Assembly (NCBI GenBank): GCA_043811375.1
Contig: JBDRNJ010000074.1
Span: 32,001-96,000 of the forward strand
DNA length: 64,000 nucleotides
Reading direction: 5' to 3'
Source of the DNA: a bacterium
GTDB taxonomy: Bacteria > Zixibacteria > MSB-5A5 > GN15 > FEB-12
A program made the translations under genes and the position numbers. Below, piece by piece: positions 48,900-59,051 of the stretch. The number at the start of each line of letters is the position of its first letter. Position 1 is the stretch's first letter. The notes under the pieces are model-generated. The model ran no database searches. It was not told the origin of the DNA and saw nothing but the letters and a program-made list of their open reading frames with translations.

Positions 48900-50252
48900 C
48901 TATCGTCCAACCCGGTAGATGCTCACATGGGGGTCGATATAAGCTCTCTCACAGGGAAACCTGATTTGCGGGAAGTACTTCTTCTCCACCGGCCCATAGA
49001 AAATGTAATCGACCTGATTAAAACATTCTTGCCGGTCGAACACCTGAATGGCCGTGTCGCCCCGCGCTCGCCAGTTCAGCCCCAGGTGGGCCAGGTGCCC
49101 GGCATACCCTATGTAGACCGGCCGTCGATCCATGATCAGCGCCAGGTCGGCGCCATCGGGCATCAGCGCCAGGAAGCGGTCGGTTCTGTCGGTATGCAGT
49201 TCGATAAACGTGAAGGCGTCCCGTAACCGATCATCGTACCGTGGGAAATACATCCCCGTTGTCGGTGAATACTTGCCGTAGGAAACATACAGGAAGCTGA
49301 TAAATATAACGGCCACAACTGCCGCGGTTATACGGCCGGTCGCAGTAATCCTTTCGCTACCGGATGCGACGATTAATGCTCCGGCAAAGTAGATCATGAA
49401 TACGGGAAAGAACGGATTGTAGTGAATGAGCATCCCGAAACCAACCGCTATGGCCAGAAGTATCGTCATCCGTCGCTGCCGGAACAGGAACGAAAGAATG
49501 ATAAACGGCGCCGCGTGCTTCAGCACCTCCCACGGATCAAAACCAAACCCTTCCGTAAACAGGAAGTAAATCGGCTTGTGCACCACCTCCGATGATATTA
49601 CCAGCGATGCCACCGCCATCCCGACCAGCGACGACAGCAGCAGGTACATATCTTCCCGTTTTCTCTGAAACAGGAATATCACGAACAGGAACGGCACCAC
49701 CATCAGCATCATATAGCCGTTAATCAGCGCCGCCCCAAAAACACAGACCATCCGCAGCCACTGACGTTTACTGAACAGCGCTGCCGTCACCAGCAGAAAA
49801 AACGGCAGGTGCGTAAACCCGCGCGCTATGAAATCCACCCCCAGGGCGTTGATTTCTGCCGCCGGTGTCGATGAGGCAAACATGATTACCAGCGCCGGAC
49901 CGAATCTTTCAGGGAAAAATCTCCACAACATCAGTCCCATCAGCACCAGGTAGATAACATTGAGGATCCTGATAGCGTTGTACGGGTTCACCAGCGGCGT
50001 CAGCAGAGCCACCGGATAGAACTGAAGATACGGCTGGGTCAGTTTGGCTCCGGCAAAAGCCGGGTTCTCCGGTGGAAAATGGTTCAGCAGTGAATTGGCA
50101 ATAGCCGCGTAGTAAAGGAAATCAACATCGGCCGGGGCGTCATAGATGTAGCGATCATTGTCGGTATCATACGTCCCGATCCACAGTTGCCCGGCGACAT
50201 AAAGCAACACCAGGGCCACAAAAATCGCGAGATTGAACCATTTGCTTCGCAT
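48900..50252 (-). CDS. Polytopic membrane protein, possible GT-C fold
   Basis: Acidic first loop (DVDFLYY), PPENPAFAG, ~10 TM helices and a soluble C-terminal domain. Confidence 0.55.
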   Translation of the reverse strand: MRSKWFNLAIFVALVLLYVAGQLWIGTYDTDNDRYIYDAPADVDFLYYAAIANSLLNHFPPENPAFAGAKLTQPYLQFYPVALLTPLVNPYNAIRILNVIYLVLMGLMLWRFFPERFGPALVIMFASSTPAAEINALGVDFIARGFTHLPFFLLVTAALFSKRQWLRMVCVFGAALINGYMMLMVVPFLFVIFLFQRKREDMYLLLSSLVGMAVASLVISSEVVHKPIYFLFTEGFGFDPWEVLKHAAPFIILSFLFRQRRMTILLAIAVGFGMLIHYNPFFPVFMIYFAGALIVASGSERITATGRITAAVVAVIFISFLYVSYGKYSPTTGMYFPRYDDRLRDAFTFIELHTDRTDRFLALMPDGADLALIMDRRPVYIGYAGHLAHLGLNWRARGDTAIQVFDRQECFNQVDYIFYGPVEKKYFPQIRFPCERAYIDPHVSIYRVGR

Positions 50253-50267
50253 GGTAATCGAATACCG

Positions 50268-51569
50268 CTACCGCTTGTACTCCCTTACAAACTCCATCCG
50301 CTTTTTGAGGGCCGGGTGGCCGTAGAACCAGAACTCAATCAGCCAGTGCGGATCGGGATCGGACAGATTATACACCGACAGCTTGTCAAATGCAATCGCC
50401 GCCGACTCACCTGAGACCTGCGAGATATCCAACCCGTAGATATCGCACTGGTGCTCTATGTACCGGCTCCAGCCGTTGGTCACCGGCTGAAACACGAATG
50501 AAATGATCGTCACGAAAATCATTACCAGCGGCAGCGACGCCACGTCCGCCAACCGATCAATCCGGAAGCGTCCTCGGAAGCGTTTTATGACAGCGTGGAT
50601 AGTCCGGTTCATCAACCACAACGCAAAGGCGATGAACACCACCGCCACCAGCAGCCCCCACCAGACATGGTTCATCACGTAATGTCCCATCTCGTGCCCC
50701 ATGACGAACTTGATTTCATCGGTCTCGAAGTTGTCGATCATAGTATCGTACAGCACAATCCGCTTGGTTCCGAACAGGCCGGTGACGTAAGCATTGATCT
50801 TGGTCGACTGTTTGGAGGCGTTGACCTGAAATACGTCGGAACCTTCGATACCGGCTTGGGATGCCAGCGCCAGTATTTCGGACTCCAGTTGCTTGTCCTT
50901 CAGCGGCTCATACTTGTTAAACAACGGCGAAATCACCACCGGCGCAATGACGATAAAGAAAACCAGAAATGGTATCGCCCCGATTGAAAACCACAGCCAC
51001 CACCTGCGGAACCTGGCCACCGCCCGGTAAAAGAACCAAACCGGGATGATTCCGATTACGGCCCCGATCAGCAGACCCAGCAGATCCTCTCCCCACCACT
51101 CGATAAACGTCTGGTTTATGAAACCGTAATCGCTCTCCACCATGAAACTACGGTATATGTGTAAAGGAAGATTGAGAATGTAATCAGCCAGGAGAAACAA
51201 TACCCAGAACAACCACAGTATCAGGAATTTGTGCCGGGCGACACCGGCCCAGTTGCGTATCTTGGCCGAGAAGCCGGTAAACAGCAAAAGGCAGAGCACA
51301 CCGATAGAGACAAAAAAGCCGACAAACCGCCAGATGTTATTGAACTGCGAATAAGAGACAAGCCTCTCTTTGCGCTCAGCCGACATCGGGTACAACGGCT
51401 CTTCGACTGTCGTCCCGGCTTCCACCTGAGCGACAGTATCAACAGCCGCGGAGTCTAACGACGTAATCACACTGTCGACGAAATCTGATACAGCCGCATC
51501 ACCGAAGGCGCACGGTACCAGTATGAGCACAAGCAGCAGTGCTGTTGACGCAATCTTAAATCTTGTCAC
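50268..51569 (-). CDS. M48 (Ste24-like) zinc metallopeptidase
   Basis: INAYVTG, KRIVLYDT, HEMGH, EHQCD and GHPAL. Confidence 0.93.
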   Translation of the reverse strand: MTRFKIASTALLLVLILVPCAFGDAAVSDFVDSVITSLDSAAVDTVAQVEAGTTVEEPLYPMSAERKERLVSYSQFNNIWRFVGFFVSIGVLCLLLFTGFSAKIRNWAGVARHKFLILWLFWVLFLLADYILNLPLHIYRSFMVESDYGFINQTFIEWWGEDLLGLLIGAVIGIIPVWFFYRAVARFRRWWLWFSIGAIPFLVFFIVIAPVVISPLFNKYEPLKDKQLESEILALASQAGIEGSDVFQVNASKQSTKINAYVTGLFGTKRIVLYDTMIDNFETDEIKFVMGHEMGHYVMNHVWWGLLVAVVFIAFALWLMNRTIHAVIKRFRGRFRIDRLADVASLPLVMIFVTIISFVFQPVTNGWSRYIEHQCDIYGLDISQVSGESAAIAFDKLSVYNLSDPDPHWLIEFWFYGHPALKKRMEFVREYKR

Positions 51570-51610
51570 GTATTTCTCCGTTTTCTTGTCGAAGGCACAG
51601 TGGATTTGAC

Positions 51611-52018
51611 CTACAATCCTGATTGCCTTTCGAAGTCCCGAATTACCATCGCAAAGCCGGGTTTCAATCCCAGTGGCGAATAGAAGGTCTCCAGTTCGCG
51701 ATCAGTGAGCAGATCGATCATGTAAAGCCCGCGCAGCTTTTCCAACATCCGCCGCATCAATTCCTTGCCAATCCCCTGACCCTGGTAATCCGGCAGCACT
51801 TCCAACAGCGGCATGTAGGCGCTCAGCACACCGTCGCTGATTGCCGTTATGAAACCGACCACCCGGTCGGACTTGTCATCGATGGCCATTACTACATGGT
51901 CGGAGCCGGCTAGAATCCTCAGGTGAGTCTCAGCCGAGGGCGGATTGGGCCAGCCGACAAAAAAGCCCTGGAGCCGGTCGGCGGTTACACCGTCAATCGA
52001 ATCGACATAGGCTGCCAA
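51611..52018 (-). CDS. GNAT family N-acetyltransferase
   Basis: LEVLPDYQGQGIGKELM motif A and FYSPLG. Confidence 0.9.
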   Translation of the reverse strand: MAAYVDSIDGVTADRLQGFFVGWPNPPSAETHLRILAGSDHVVMAIDDKSDRVVGFITAISDGVLSAYMPLLEVLPDYQGQGIGKELMRRMLEKLRGLYMIDLLTDRELETFYSPLGLKPGFAMVIRDFERQSGL

Positions 52019-52027
52019 AACATGCTC

Positions 52028-52396
52028 CTAATCCTCTTCCATCGACAGACACTCGTACACCTGTACACTGGAGCCGTCGTCGAACAGAATGGGTGCCTCC
52101 ATAATAGCACGTATACTGTCGGGCGTGATGATATCGGGATCATAGGTAAAGATCACGCGACGATCGGCCGCGTAGGTCACTATCCCATTGACTCCGGGAA
52201 CGTTTTCATAGAGCGACGTCAAGAACCGGGCGGTTCCTTTGCACCTGACCCCGGCTACGGTACACTCGAGTTTTTTCCCTTCACCGGTTCCCTGCGTAAC
52301 GACGGTCGACGGCTTAGTAAATGCCGTGCGCAGAAAGTACCCGCTGAACAGGGCGATAACAACCAACACCGGAACAATAAGTTTTGGAACGTTCAT
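52028..52396 (-). CDS. Exported HMA-like domain protein
   Basis: N-terminal TM helix; ECTVAGVRCKGT...VPGV...VIFTYDPDIITPDSIRAI. Confidence 0.7.
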   Translation of the reverse strand: MNVPKLIVPVLVVIALFSGYFLRTAFTKPSTVVTQGTGEGKKLECTVAGVRCKGTARFLTSLYENVPGVNGIVTYAADRRVIFTYDPDIITPDSIRAIMEAPILFDDGSSVQVYECLSMEED

Positions 52397-52405
52397 GATA
52401 TTCCT

Positions 52406-53176
52406 CTACAAGTTCGCCTGAACGCTGAGAACCTCGTCCTCCGGACAAGCATCCACACACTCCAGACAGTTGGTACAATCACGATGCCTCACCCGGCGCA
52501 GCTCCGGCACCGGAATATCGTACGGGCAGGCGGTTTGACATTCGCCACAGTCGGTGCAGCCTTCCTCATCTCTGGATATTTTGACTAAACCCAGACGACT
52601 GAACGGGTCGAGCACGGCACCCATCGGGCACAAATAACGACAGAAAAACATCGGTATCACCAGGGCTCCCAGAGTGAGAACGATAAGCACCACGTATGAT
52701 ACGATGCCGACTGTACCGTGGCCGAATCCCGAGAAGATAAGATAGTAAGGATCATAACCGCGCAGGATGAGTTCGCCCGCTCGATAAGTAAGAACGAGAA
52801 ATAGGACCAGCACCACGTACCGAAGAATCTTCAGGACACCGTTGAGGCGGGCTCCGGGATGAAGCCTTCTTTTAACAATCAATTCCCCCGCTCGACCACA
52901 GAGTTCACCCAGAAACCCAATCGGGCAGGCCCACCCGCAAAATGACTTTTTGGAGAGCAGGGCGAGCACAATCAGAGCCACGAACATTGAAAGATTCAGG
53001 GGGCCCAGTGCGCAACTGAACTCGCCATCTGTAAACAACCCCCAGAGGCTCTCCGCTCCGCCAAACGGACAGTAGGCCTCGAATGTTCGGACCCCGAATC
53101 CGAGCGCCAGGTATACTACCATTCCCAGTATTACGGTCATTAGACTATAACGGATATATCTTACTTTCATCGACAA
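52406..53176 (-). CDS. Membrane polyferredoxin (NapH/MauN-like 4Fe-4S binding protein)
   Basis: YCPFGG, FCGWACPIG, FCRYLCPMG and two CxxCxxCxxxCP motifs. Confidence 0.9.
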   Translation of the reverse strand: MSMKVRYIRYSLMTVILGMVVYLALGFGVRTFEAYCPFGGAESLWGLFTDGEFSCALGPLNLSMFVALIVLALLSKKSFCGWACPIGFLGELCGRAGELIVKRRLHPGARLNGVLKILRYVVLVLFLVLTYRAGELILRGYDPYYLIFSGFGHGTVGIVSYVVLIVLTLGALVIPMFFCRYLCPMGAVLDPFSRLGLVKISRDEEGCTDCGECQTACPYDIPVPELRRVRHRDCTNCLECVDACPEDEVLSVQANL

Positions 53177-53219
53177 ACGTGATCCTCTTTTTCTTGTCCA
53201 TTTCTCTTTCGGTCCTCAC

Positions 53220-53248
53220 ATAATAACGTCAGGACACCCTCCCGTCAA
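53220..53248 (-). promoter_or_regulatory. Sigma70-like promoter of the polyferredoxin operon
   Basis: Minus-strand TTGACG-17bp-TATTAT. Confidence 0.6.
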
Positions 53249-53290
53249 GATCGGGAGCAGGACCTGACGTAATGTAAGCAGTCGTAGTTG

Positions 53291-53317
53291 GTAGGGCCCC
53301 AAGTGGGCTTGACCTAT
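53291..53317 (-). repeat. Degenerate REP copy
   Basis: ATAGGTCAAGCCCACTTGGGGCCCTAC; shares AAGCCCACTTGGG with 23553-23579. Confidence 0.55.
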
Positions 53318-53348
53318 CCGAACTGAGGATCTCCCAGCTCGAATTAAC

Positions 53349-54392
53349 TTACAGGTCTTTTCTGCTGAAGCGGTCTATGGCTGCCCAAGCTAATTTCTCA
53401 AGGATGCCTCGCCAGGACCGACAAACAGAAGTTTCGTCCAAGATTGAATCTGTATGAATCGACAGGCGATAGCCATACTTAGCATGAACTATAGAGTTTC
53501 TGAACATGTACAGTGTTGTGGCAAGAATATCTGCGTCGTCTTTAGCGATAAGACTAGCCTCAAGCGCTCGGTTTAGCAACACTCCATCTGCGAGCCCTTT
53601 GATCAATCGCTCTAATGGAATCCTTTCACTACTTGTTAGCATTGTGGCAGCTTTAGTGAGAAATTCACGATCACTCATAGATTTGTCACAGCGTAAATGT
53701 GAGAATTCTCTTTCTTGCTCAAAAAATGCGTAATATTCAAGCACCCGGTAGTATTGGATGCACGCCGAACAATCATCCATATCACGGCTTGCATAGCAAA
53801 AAAGACGAAGAGGGATAAGCTCGTTCACTGCTGGAAGCAGGGAATCCCTTTCCTTAATTGTTGGTCTTTCTTCTTCAGGTTGAAGCTCGTCACACCAATC
53901 CTCAGGCACTTTGATCGAAAATACGTTTAACGTTATTTTGAATCTCTGAAAGTATCGAATCAAAAAGTTCAGTAGATATGCCTCTACTAACTCAGGGGGA
54001 ATTCCTAAAATACGCACACTAGCTACACAATCCCAATCCCCAAAATAGTTGTTATCAAAGTAACTATCGAAAAGGTAGATTCCAAGGGGTGTAACTTCCC
54101 CTACTGACGCTCCTGCTCTTCCAAGTTTACACTCGTAGTACTTCGGGGGATTGGAGACAAAGAATTCGTGGAACTGCCCTAAAGAATAACCTTGCCGGCC
54201 ATGTGGTTTGAAGCCGGGAGTTTTTTTCATAACCTCTTCAAGGTTAGGGTAGATTTCTTTTGATGAGAAGACACTTAGACCAAGCAGAGGCCAGCAAATC
54301 TCACAGAGTGTTTCACCCTTTTTGAAATCAAGATGCTCATCGTACCAGCTAGGAGGCTCAAACTTAGTTGGTATAGTAGTCATGGTCAACAA
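53349..54392 (-). CDS. Hypothetical protein with a C-terminal HEPN-like RxxxxH motif
   Basis: 347 aa, visibly AT-richer than its flanks; IQYYRVLEY...LYMFRNSIVHAK. Confidence 0.65.
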   Translation of the reverse strand: MLTMTTIPTKFEPPSWYDEHLDFKKGETLCEICWPLLGLSVFSSKEIYPNLEEVMKKTPGFKPHGRQGYSLGQFHEFFVSNPPKYYECKLGRAGASVGEVTPLGIYLFDSYFDNNYFGDWDCVASVRILGIPPELVEAYLLNFLIRYFQRFKITLNVFSIKVPEDWCDELQPEEERPTIKERDSLLPAVNELIPLRLFCYASRDMDDCSACIQYYRVLEYYAFFEQEREFSHLRCDKSMSDREFLTKAATMLTSSERIPLERLIKGLADGVLLNRALEASLIAKDDADILATTLYMFRNSIVHAKYGYRLSIHTDSILDETSVCRSWRGILEKLAWAAIDRFSRKDL

Positions 54393-54426
54393 TATGCTTT
54401 GGGTTTACATGATCGTGGCTGCGCCA

Positions 54427-54489
54427 GCAGATCAAACTTATGTGGGGCTTGACTTTCATTTTGTCATGCCGCGAGTCGGCGTGACCTAC
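54427..54489. repeat. Inverted REP doublet
   Basis: GCAGATCAAACTTATGTGGGGCTTGAC (+) and GTAGGTCACGCCGACTCGCGGCATGAC (-); aligns with 23553-23603. Confidence 0.65.
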
Positions 54490-54499
54490 TGTCTACCAT

Positions 54500-55549
54500 C
54501 TACGCCACCGTCACCTCTTTGCAGAGATACACATCCTGGATGGCGTTGAGCAGCTTGACGCCGTCTTTCATCGGTTTCTGGAAAGACTTGCGGCCGGAGA
54601 TCATCCCCATACCGCCGGCGCGTTTGTTGATCACCGCCGTGCGAACAGCCGCCTCCAGATCACCGGTACCCTTCGAGGCTCCGCCGGAGTTAATCATACC
54701 GATCCGTCCCATGTAGCAGTTGGCAACTTGATAGCGGCAGAGGTCGATCGGATTGTCGGTGGTCAGCTTGTCGTAGACCAGGGGGTGCGTCTTACCGAAC
54801 TTCAGCGCCGTGTAGCCGCCGTTGTTCTCGGCCTGCTTCTGTTTGACGATATCGGCCTCGATAGTCACCCCGATATGATTGGCCTGTCCGGTCAGATCGG
54901 AGGCAACATGGTAGTCCTTGTCGGCTTTGAAAGCCGGGTTGCGCAAGTAACACCATAGAATGGTGAACATCCCCAGCTCATGGGCGTGCGAGAAGGCCTC
55001 GGTTGTCTCCTGAAGCTGCCGCATCCCTTCTTCGGCGCCAAAATAGATCGTTGCCCCCACGCCAACCGCACCCATGTTGAAGGCGTTCTCAATGTTGGCA
55101 AACATCACCTGGTCCGGTCTGTTGGGATAAGTCAGCATCTGGTTGTGGTTCAGTTTGAGAATCAAGGGAATCTTGTGGGCGTACTTACGAGCTATCGACC
55201 CCAGCACGCCGAATGTCGAAGCGACACCATTGCAGCCGCCCTCGATAGCCAGCTCGACGATTTTAGCCGGGTCAAAATAGTCCGGGTTGGGTGCAAACGA
55301 CGCCCCGCCGGAGTGCTCGATCCCCTGGTCGACCGGCAGAATCGAAACATACCCGGTCCCGGCCAGGCGACCGTTGTTGAACAACCAGTTCAACGAGCGC
55401 ATAACTGCCGGTGTACGGTCGGTCTGGCTGAACACCCGGTCGATAAAATCCGGCCCCGGCAGGTGCAGTCGTGATTTGGTAATCCCCTCACACTTGTAGG
55501 TCAACAGTCCCTTGTCATCCCCCAGCGCCTTCTCGATTCTGTTTATCAT
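54500..55549 (-). CDS. fbaB: Class I fructose-bisphosphate aldolase (DhnA type)
   Basis: [39 protein letters not shown] and [17 protein letters not shown]. Confidence 0.97.
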   Translation of the reverse strand: MINRIEKALGDDKGLLTYKCEGITKSRLHLPGPDFIDRVFSQTDRTPAVMRSLNWLFNNGRLAGTGYVSILPVDQGIEHSGGASFAPNPDYFDPAKIVELAIEGGCNGVASTFGVLGSIARKYAHKIPLILKLNHNQMLTYPNRPDQVMFANIENAFNMGAVGVGATIYFGAEEGMRQLQETTEAFSHAHELGMFTILWCYLRNPAFKADKDYHVASDLTGQANHIGVTIEADIVKQKQAENNGGYTALKFGKTHPLVYDKLTTDNPIDLCRYQVANCYMGRIGMINSGGASKGTGDLEAAVRTAVINKRAGGMGMISGRKSFQKPMKDGVKLLNAIQDVYLCKEVTVA

Positions 55550-55718
55550 TTAGGATTCTCCCATATCAGGACCTTTTGATTTTCTGGTAATCATATTATC
55601 TGTTTTGGTGGGGAAAGTAAACAGAATTGAGTCAGCGTAGGCGTCTGATTCGGCGGTCCGAAAGAAGCCAGAGAGTACGGTGAGTAGTAATGCGAAGAAC
55701 CAGCCTCAGATTCTCGCG

Positions 55719-56507
55719 TCAAACCAACTCACAACGCATCACGGTGATAGCCCGGCCGGAAAGTACCACCCTTTCCCCCTCCACGCGGACACCGACTTCG
55801 CCCCCACGCTGGGAGGCCTGGTATGCGGAAAACTCGCGCTTGCCCAGTTTGGCTGCCCAATAAGGACCAAGCATACAATGAGCCGCGCCGGTAACCGGGT
55901 CTTCATTGATTCCCATCGCCGGCGCAAAAAAACGCGAAACAAAATCATAGCGACTCTCATCACCGCGACTGGTCAGGATCAACCCTCGCAGGGATAATCG
56001 GAGAATCGCCCCGAAATCCGGCTGGCAGCCACGAACCGTTTTTTCTGAGGCAACTTCGACCAGGTAATCCAGATCGCTCCTGCCGACATATACCGGCTCC
56101 ACACTCAGCGCTTCGGTAACTTCAGGCGGAGTTTCGCAGGGCCGGGTCAACCGAGCGGGGAAATTCAACTCGATGGCATCACCCGCCCGCTTAGCCGTCA
56201 GCAGTCCGCTTTGCGTCTGGAATCGTGCCGATTGATCCGACGTAAGGTGACCTTCCTCCCACAGCACGTGCGCAGCGGCCAGCGTGGCGTGGCCGCACAA
56301 CTCGACCTCGGCTGCCGGTGTAAACCACCGCAGATTGTACCCGTCATTCTGCGGGTACAGAAAGGCTGTCTCCGAAAGGTTCATCTCGGCCGCTACCTGC
56401 TGCATCCAGGTTTCCTCGGCAGGTCCGTCAAGGATACAAACCGCGGCCGGATTGCCGGCAAACGGTCGGTCGGCAAAAGAATCTACCTGTACAATTCGTT
56501 GACCCAT
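55719..56507 (-). CDS. PhzF family isomerase
   Basis: GNPAAVC, EMNLSETAF, EVELCGHATLA and EDPVTGAAH. Confidence 0.95.
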   Translation of the reverse strand: MGQRIVQVDSFADRPFAGNPAAVCILDGPAEETWMQQVAAEMNLSETAFLYPQNDGYNLRWFTPAAEVELCGHATLAAAHVLWEEGHLTSDQSARFQTQSGLLTAKRAGDAIELNFPARLTRPCETPPEVTEALSVEPVYVGRSDLDYLVEVASEKTVRGCQPDFGAILRLSLRGLILTSRGDESRYDFVSRFFAPAMGINEDPVTGAAHCMLGPYWAAKLGKREFSAYQASQRGGEVGVRVEGERVVLSGRAITVMRCELV

Positions 56508-56556
56508 AGACGTATCCTAACAGATGTCGTTATTGATGTCAAGCCACCAGCATCCG

Positions 56557-58821
56557 TCAGGTGCGCAGGAGATACTGAAACTTGAAGAAGAATTGGCGCG
56601 CACTCTTTTCGGGACAGTGCGAATCCCACAATTCCCAGGCGTAGTTGTGCGTAGATCCGACGTAGAAAACAGTGTAGGGATTCACGCGATAGGTAACCAA
56701 CGGTTCAACACTGAGGTCATCGGCAAACTCATTATACTGCACTATGGTTCGTACAAAAAGCTCCCTTGTAATCTGGTAGTTGGTCCGCAGACGCAGAATG
56801 ACGCCTTCATAGATCAACTCTCCGGTATCGCGGTTTCTCAGCTTCAGCAGGTCAACTGATGGCGACAGCGTCAACTGCTGCAGCGGCTTGACGTCTGCCC
56901 ACAAACTGAAGTTGGTAACTCGACCCATAACCGGAGGGTCCACATTGCGGGCAATCGTATTACCGTAGCCGAACTGCAGGCCAAGTTGCACAGCTTCGAG
57001 TGTTTCGTTGCCAATGTTCACGCTGAACCGCCGGATATCGTCAAACCAGATGTCATGATAGTTCTCGCGACTCAGCAGCATATTGACATTAAACCATGTT
57101 CGACCCCGGAAATTCATGCCCAGCTCCGGACGCACCCATTCATCTTTACGCGTGCCGTTGTAGTCCCACACCCGCCCAAAGTCGATAAACGGACTGACCC
57201 TGGTAACCACGCGGCCATTGGGCCGGAAAGTGAGCATTGTCCATCCCAAAGCCCAGCGGCGACTGTTACTCCAGATGGATCCCAGGTCGGCGCGGAAAGT
57301 CGGGCTGGTTGCCATATAATCAAGATCGAAACTCCACAGCCTCCCGCTGCGCTTCAGGCTGGCATACCAGGCGTGGCCGTCGAATGACTCCCCGTCCAGC
57401 GCTACCGTGTGTCGACCGTCATCGAAATACTCCTGCCCGTAACCGCTCTCAACCGTAGTGTCGATAGCGTTGGGCGCGTCAGCTTCCTTGGTGTGACCAC
57501 CCAGAGCCTGAAATTCAATACGGTAGTATTTCAGAAAACTAATCCGCGCATCGGCGCCGTAGACACTGTTAGCACCGCCTCCTTCGAGTCGTCGGTCGGT
57601 TACCAGGGCGCCGATATGAGAATCATCCAGGATAGTCCGCCGGACACGCGCGATACTGGAGGTGGAGTTTTCAAACGCCGCAAATGCGGAACGCTCCTCA
57701 AGCGGTAACACGTAAGGCGTGTTTTCATCATGGGCCAGCAGATAGAAAAAACTGGTGCGTTCCATGCGCCCCGTCAGTTTGAAAGCCACGTCCGGATCGT
57801 TTATCGAGCGTGTGTAGATGGCATCGATCCAGGTATCATAAAGATCGCTGCCTTCCTGGAAAAACGGTCGCCGCTCCGGGTACCAGAGAGCGAAAGTAGA
57901 ATTGACGTCGATCTGAGCAGCATCGGATTCCACCTGGCTGAAATCGGGATTGACGGCGACCTCAGCCGTAAGATTCGCCGTCAATCGATAGCGGGCGTTC
58001 AGCGCCAGCTCGGCATCAGGATCGGCATTGCTGAAACCAGATTTAAGATCGTCGGGATCACTCAGCGCACTCGACTGGAAACCAACCAGTGACGGCAACA
58101 GGTCCAGTCGGCTGCCGGGCTTAACATTCCTGATACCGGCCAGGTATCCCATCTGACAGAAAAAACACGGCTCACCGATCTTCAATGGCGCCCAGGAATA
58201 CTTGTACATCTCATCACGCGGATGACTGCGCCAGAAAGTAGCCCGCCATTGCTGCTCTTCCCGGTTGGGGAAACGCAGCGAACTGAACGGGATCGCCATT
58301 TCCGCCTGCCAGCCGGTGGACGTTATCTTGCCTGCGGTTTCATAAACGATATCGAAGCGCCAATCCTCATCTCCACCACCAATCCAGCGCAAATCCCCCT
58401 GCACACCCAGCGGGTTGACATAGAACTCGTACGACCAGGCTGCATCACCATAGGTATCCAGGATGATACCAATAAAATCATCACCGAAAATCCGGTCGCG
58501 GTCAGTGAGAGTGGCACGGATGGTACTGGGATCGTCATGACAGATGAACGCCATGTACAGATAGCTGTCGTCATAAGCAATCAGCACTTCTGTTTCTACC
58601 GGAGGTATAACATTGTCCACCGGCAGGAACTGCGTAAAATCCGTTACGCGGGCAGCCGACCGCCAGGCGGGATCATTCAGATCACCGTCAAGTTCTATCG
58701 ATCCGAAGATTCGCGGAACATCGAGCCGGGGAGGTGTGGCTGGTTGTTCGGTCGTTTGAGCTGTTACAGATGCCGACATCAATAGAAGCATTAGCCAACG
58801 CAGCATAAGTAAACCTTTCAA
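56557..58821 (-). CDS. CBM9-like sugar-binding plus DUF5916 outer-membrane protein
   Basis: LDGDLNDPAW, AEMAIPFSSLRF, NPDFSQVESD, YPERRPFFQEG and a terminal FFFKFQYL strand. Confidence 0.88.
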   Translation of the reverse strand: MKGLLMLRWLMLLLMSASVTAQTTEQPATPPRLDVPRIFGSIELDGDLNDPAWRSAARVTDFTQFLPVDNVIPPVETEVLIAYDDSYLYMAFICHDDPSTIRATLTDRDRIFGDDFIGIILDTYGDAAWSYEFYVNPLGVQGDLRWIGGGDEDWRFDIVYETAGKITSTGWQAEMAIPFSSLRFPNREEQQWRATFWRSHPRDEMYKYSWAPLKIGEPCFFCQMGYLAGIRNVKPGSRLDLLPSLVGFQSSALSDPDDLKSGFSNADPDAELALNARYRLTANLTAEVAVNPDFSQVESDAAQIDVNSTFALWYPERRPFFQEGSDLYDTWIDAIYTRSINDPDVAFKLTGRMERTSFFYLLAHDENTPYVLPLEERSAFAAFENSTSSIARVRRTILDDSHIGALVTDRRLEGGGANSVYGADARISFLKYYRIEFQALGGHTKEADAPNAIDTTVESGYGQEYFDDGRHTVALDGESFDGHAWYASLKRSGRLWSFDLDYMATSPTFRADLGSIWSNSRRWALGWTMLTFRPNGRVVTRVSPFIDFGRVWDYNGTRKDEWVRPELGMNFRGRTWFNVNMLLSRENYHDIWFDDIRRFSVNIGNETLEAVQLGLQFGYGNTIARNVDPPVMGRVTNFSLWADVKPLQQLTLSPSVDLLKLRNRDTGELIYEGVILRLRTNYQITRELFVRTIVQYNEFADDLSVEPLVTYRVNPYTVFYVGSTHNYAWELWDSHCPEKSARQFFFKFQYLLRT

Positions 58822-59051
58822 AACGGCAAGTTAAGGTCCATTGATCCTATTTACGCCAGACATCAGGCAAAGGTTTCCCCTGCCGGCAGTACCCTGACTG
58901 GTCGTCAACCCGTCACGTTCTCCGAACCCGCCGACGTAAAGCAGCCTTTAGGCGCAGGACTCTTTATGCAGATTCCGGTGCCTGCTATACAGCTTCATCA
59001 CATTCGACAGCTATTATGCGATATGAACTGACCGATCGGAGGAAAACCGTA

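Noticed and set aside
52028..52396. Selenocysteine recoding in the HMA-like protein
   Set aside because: The ORF has no in-frame TGA
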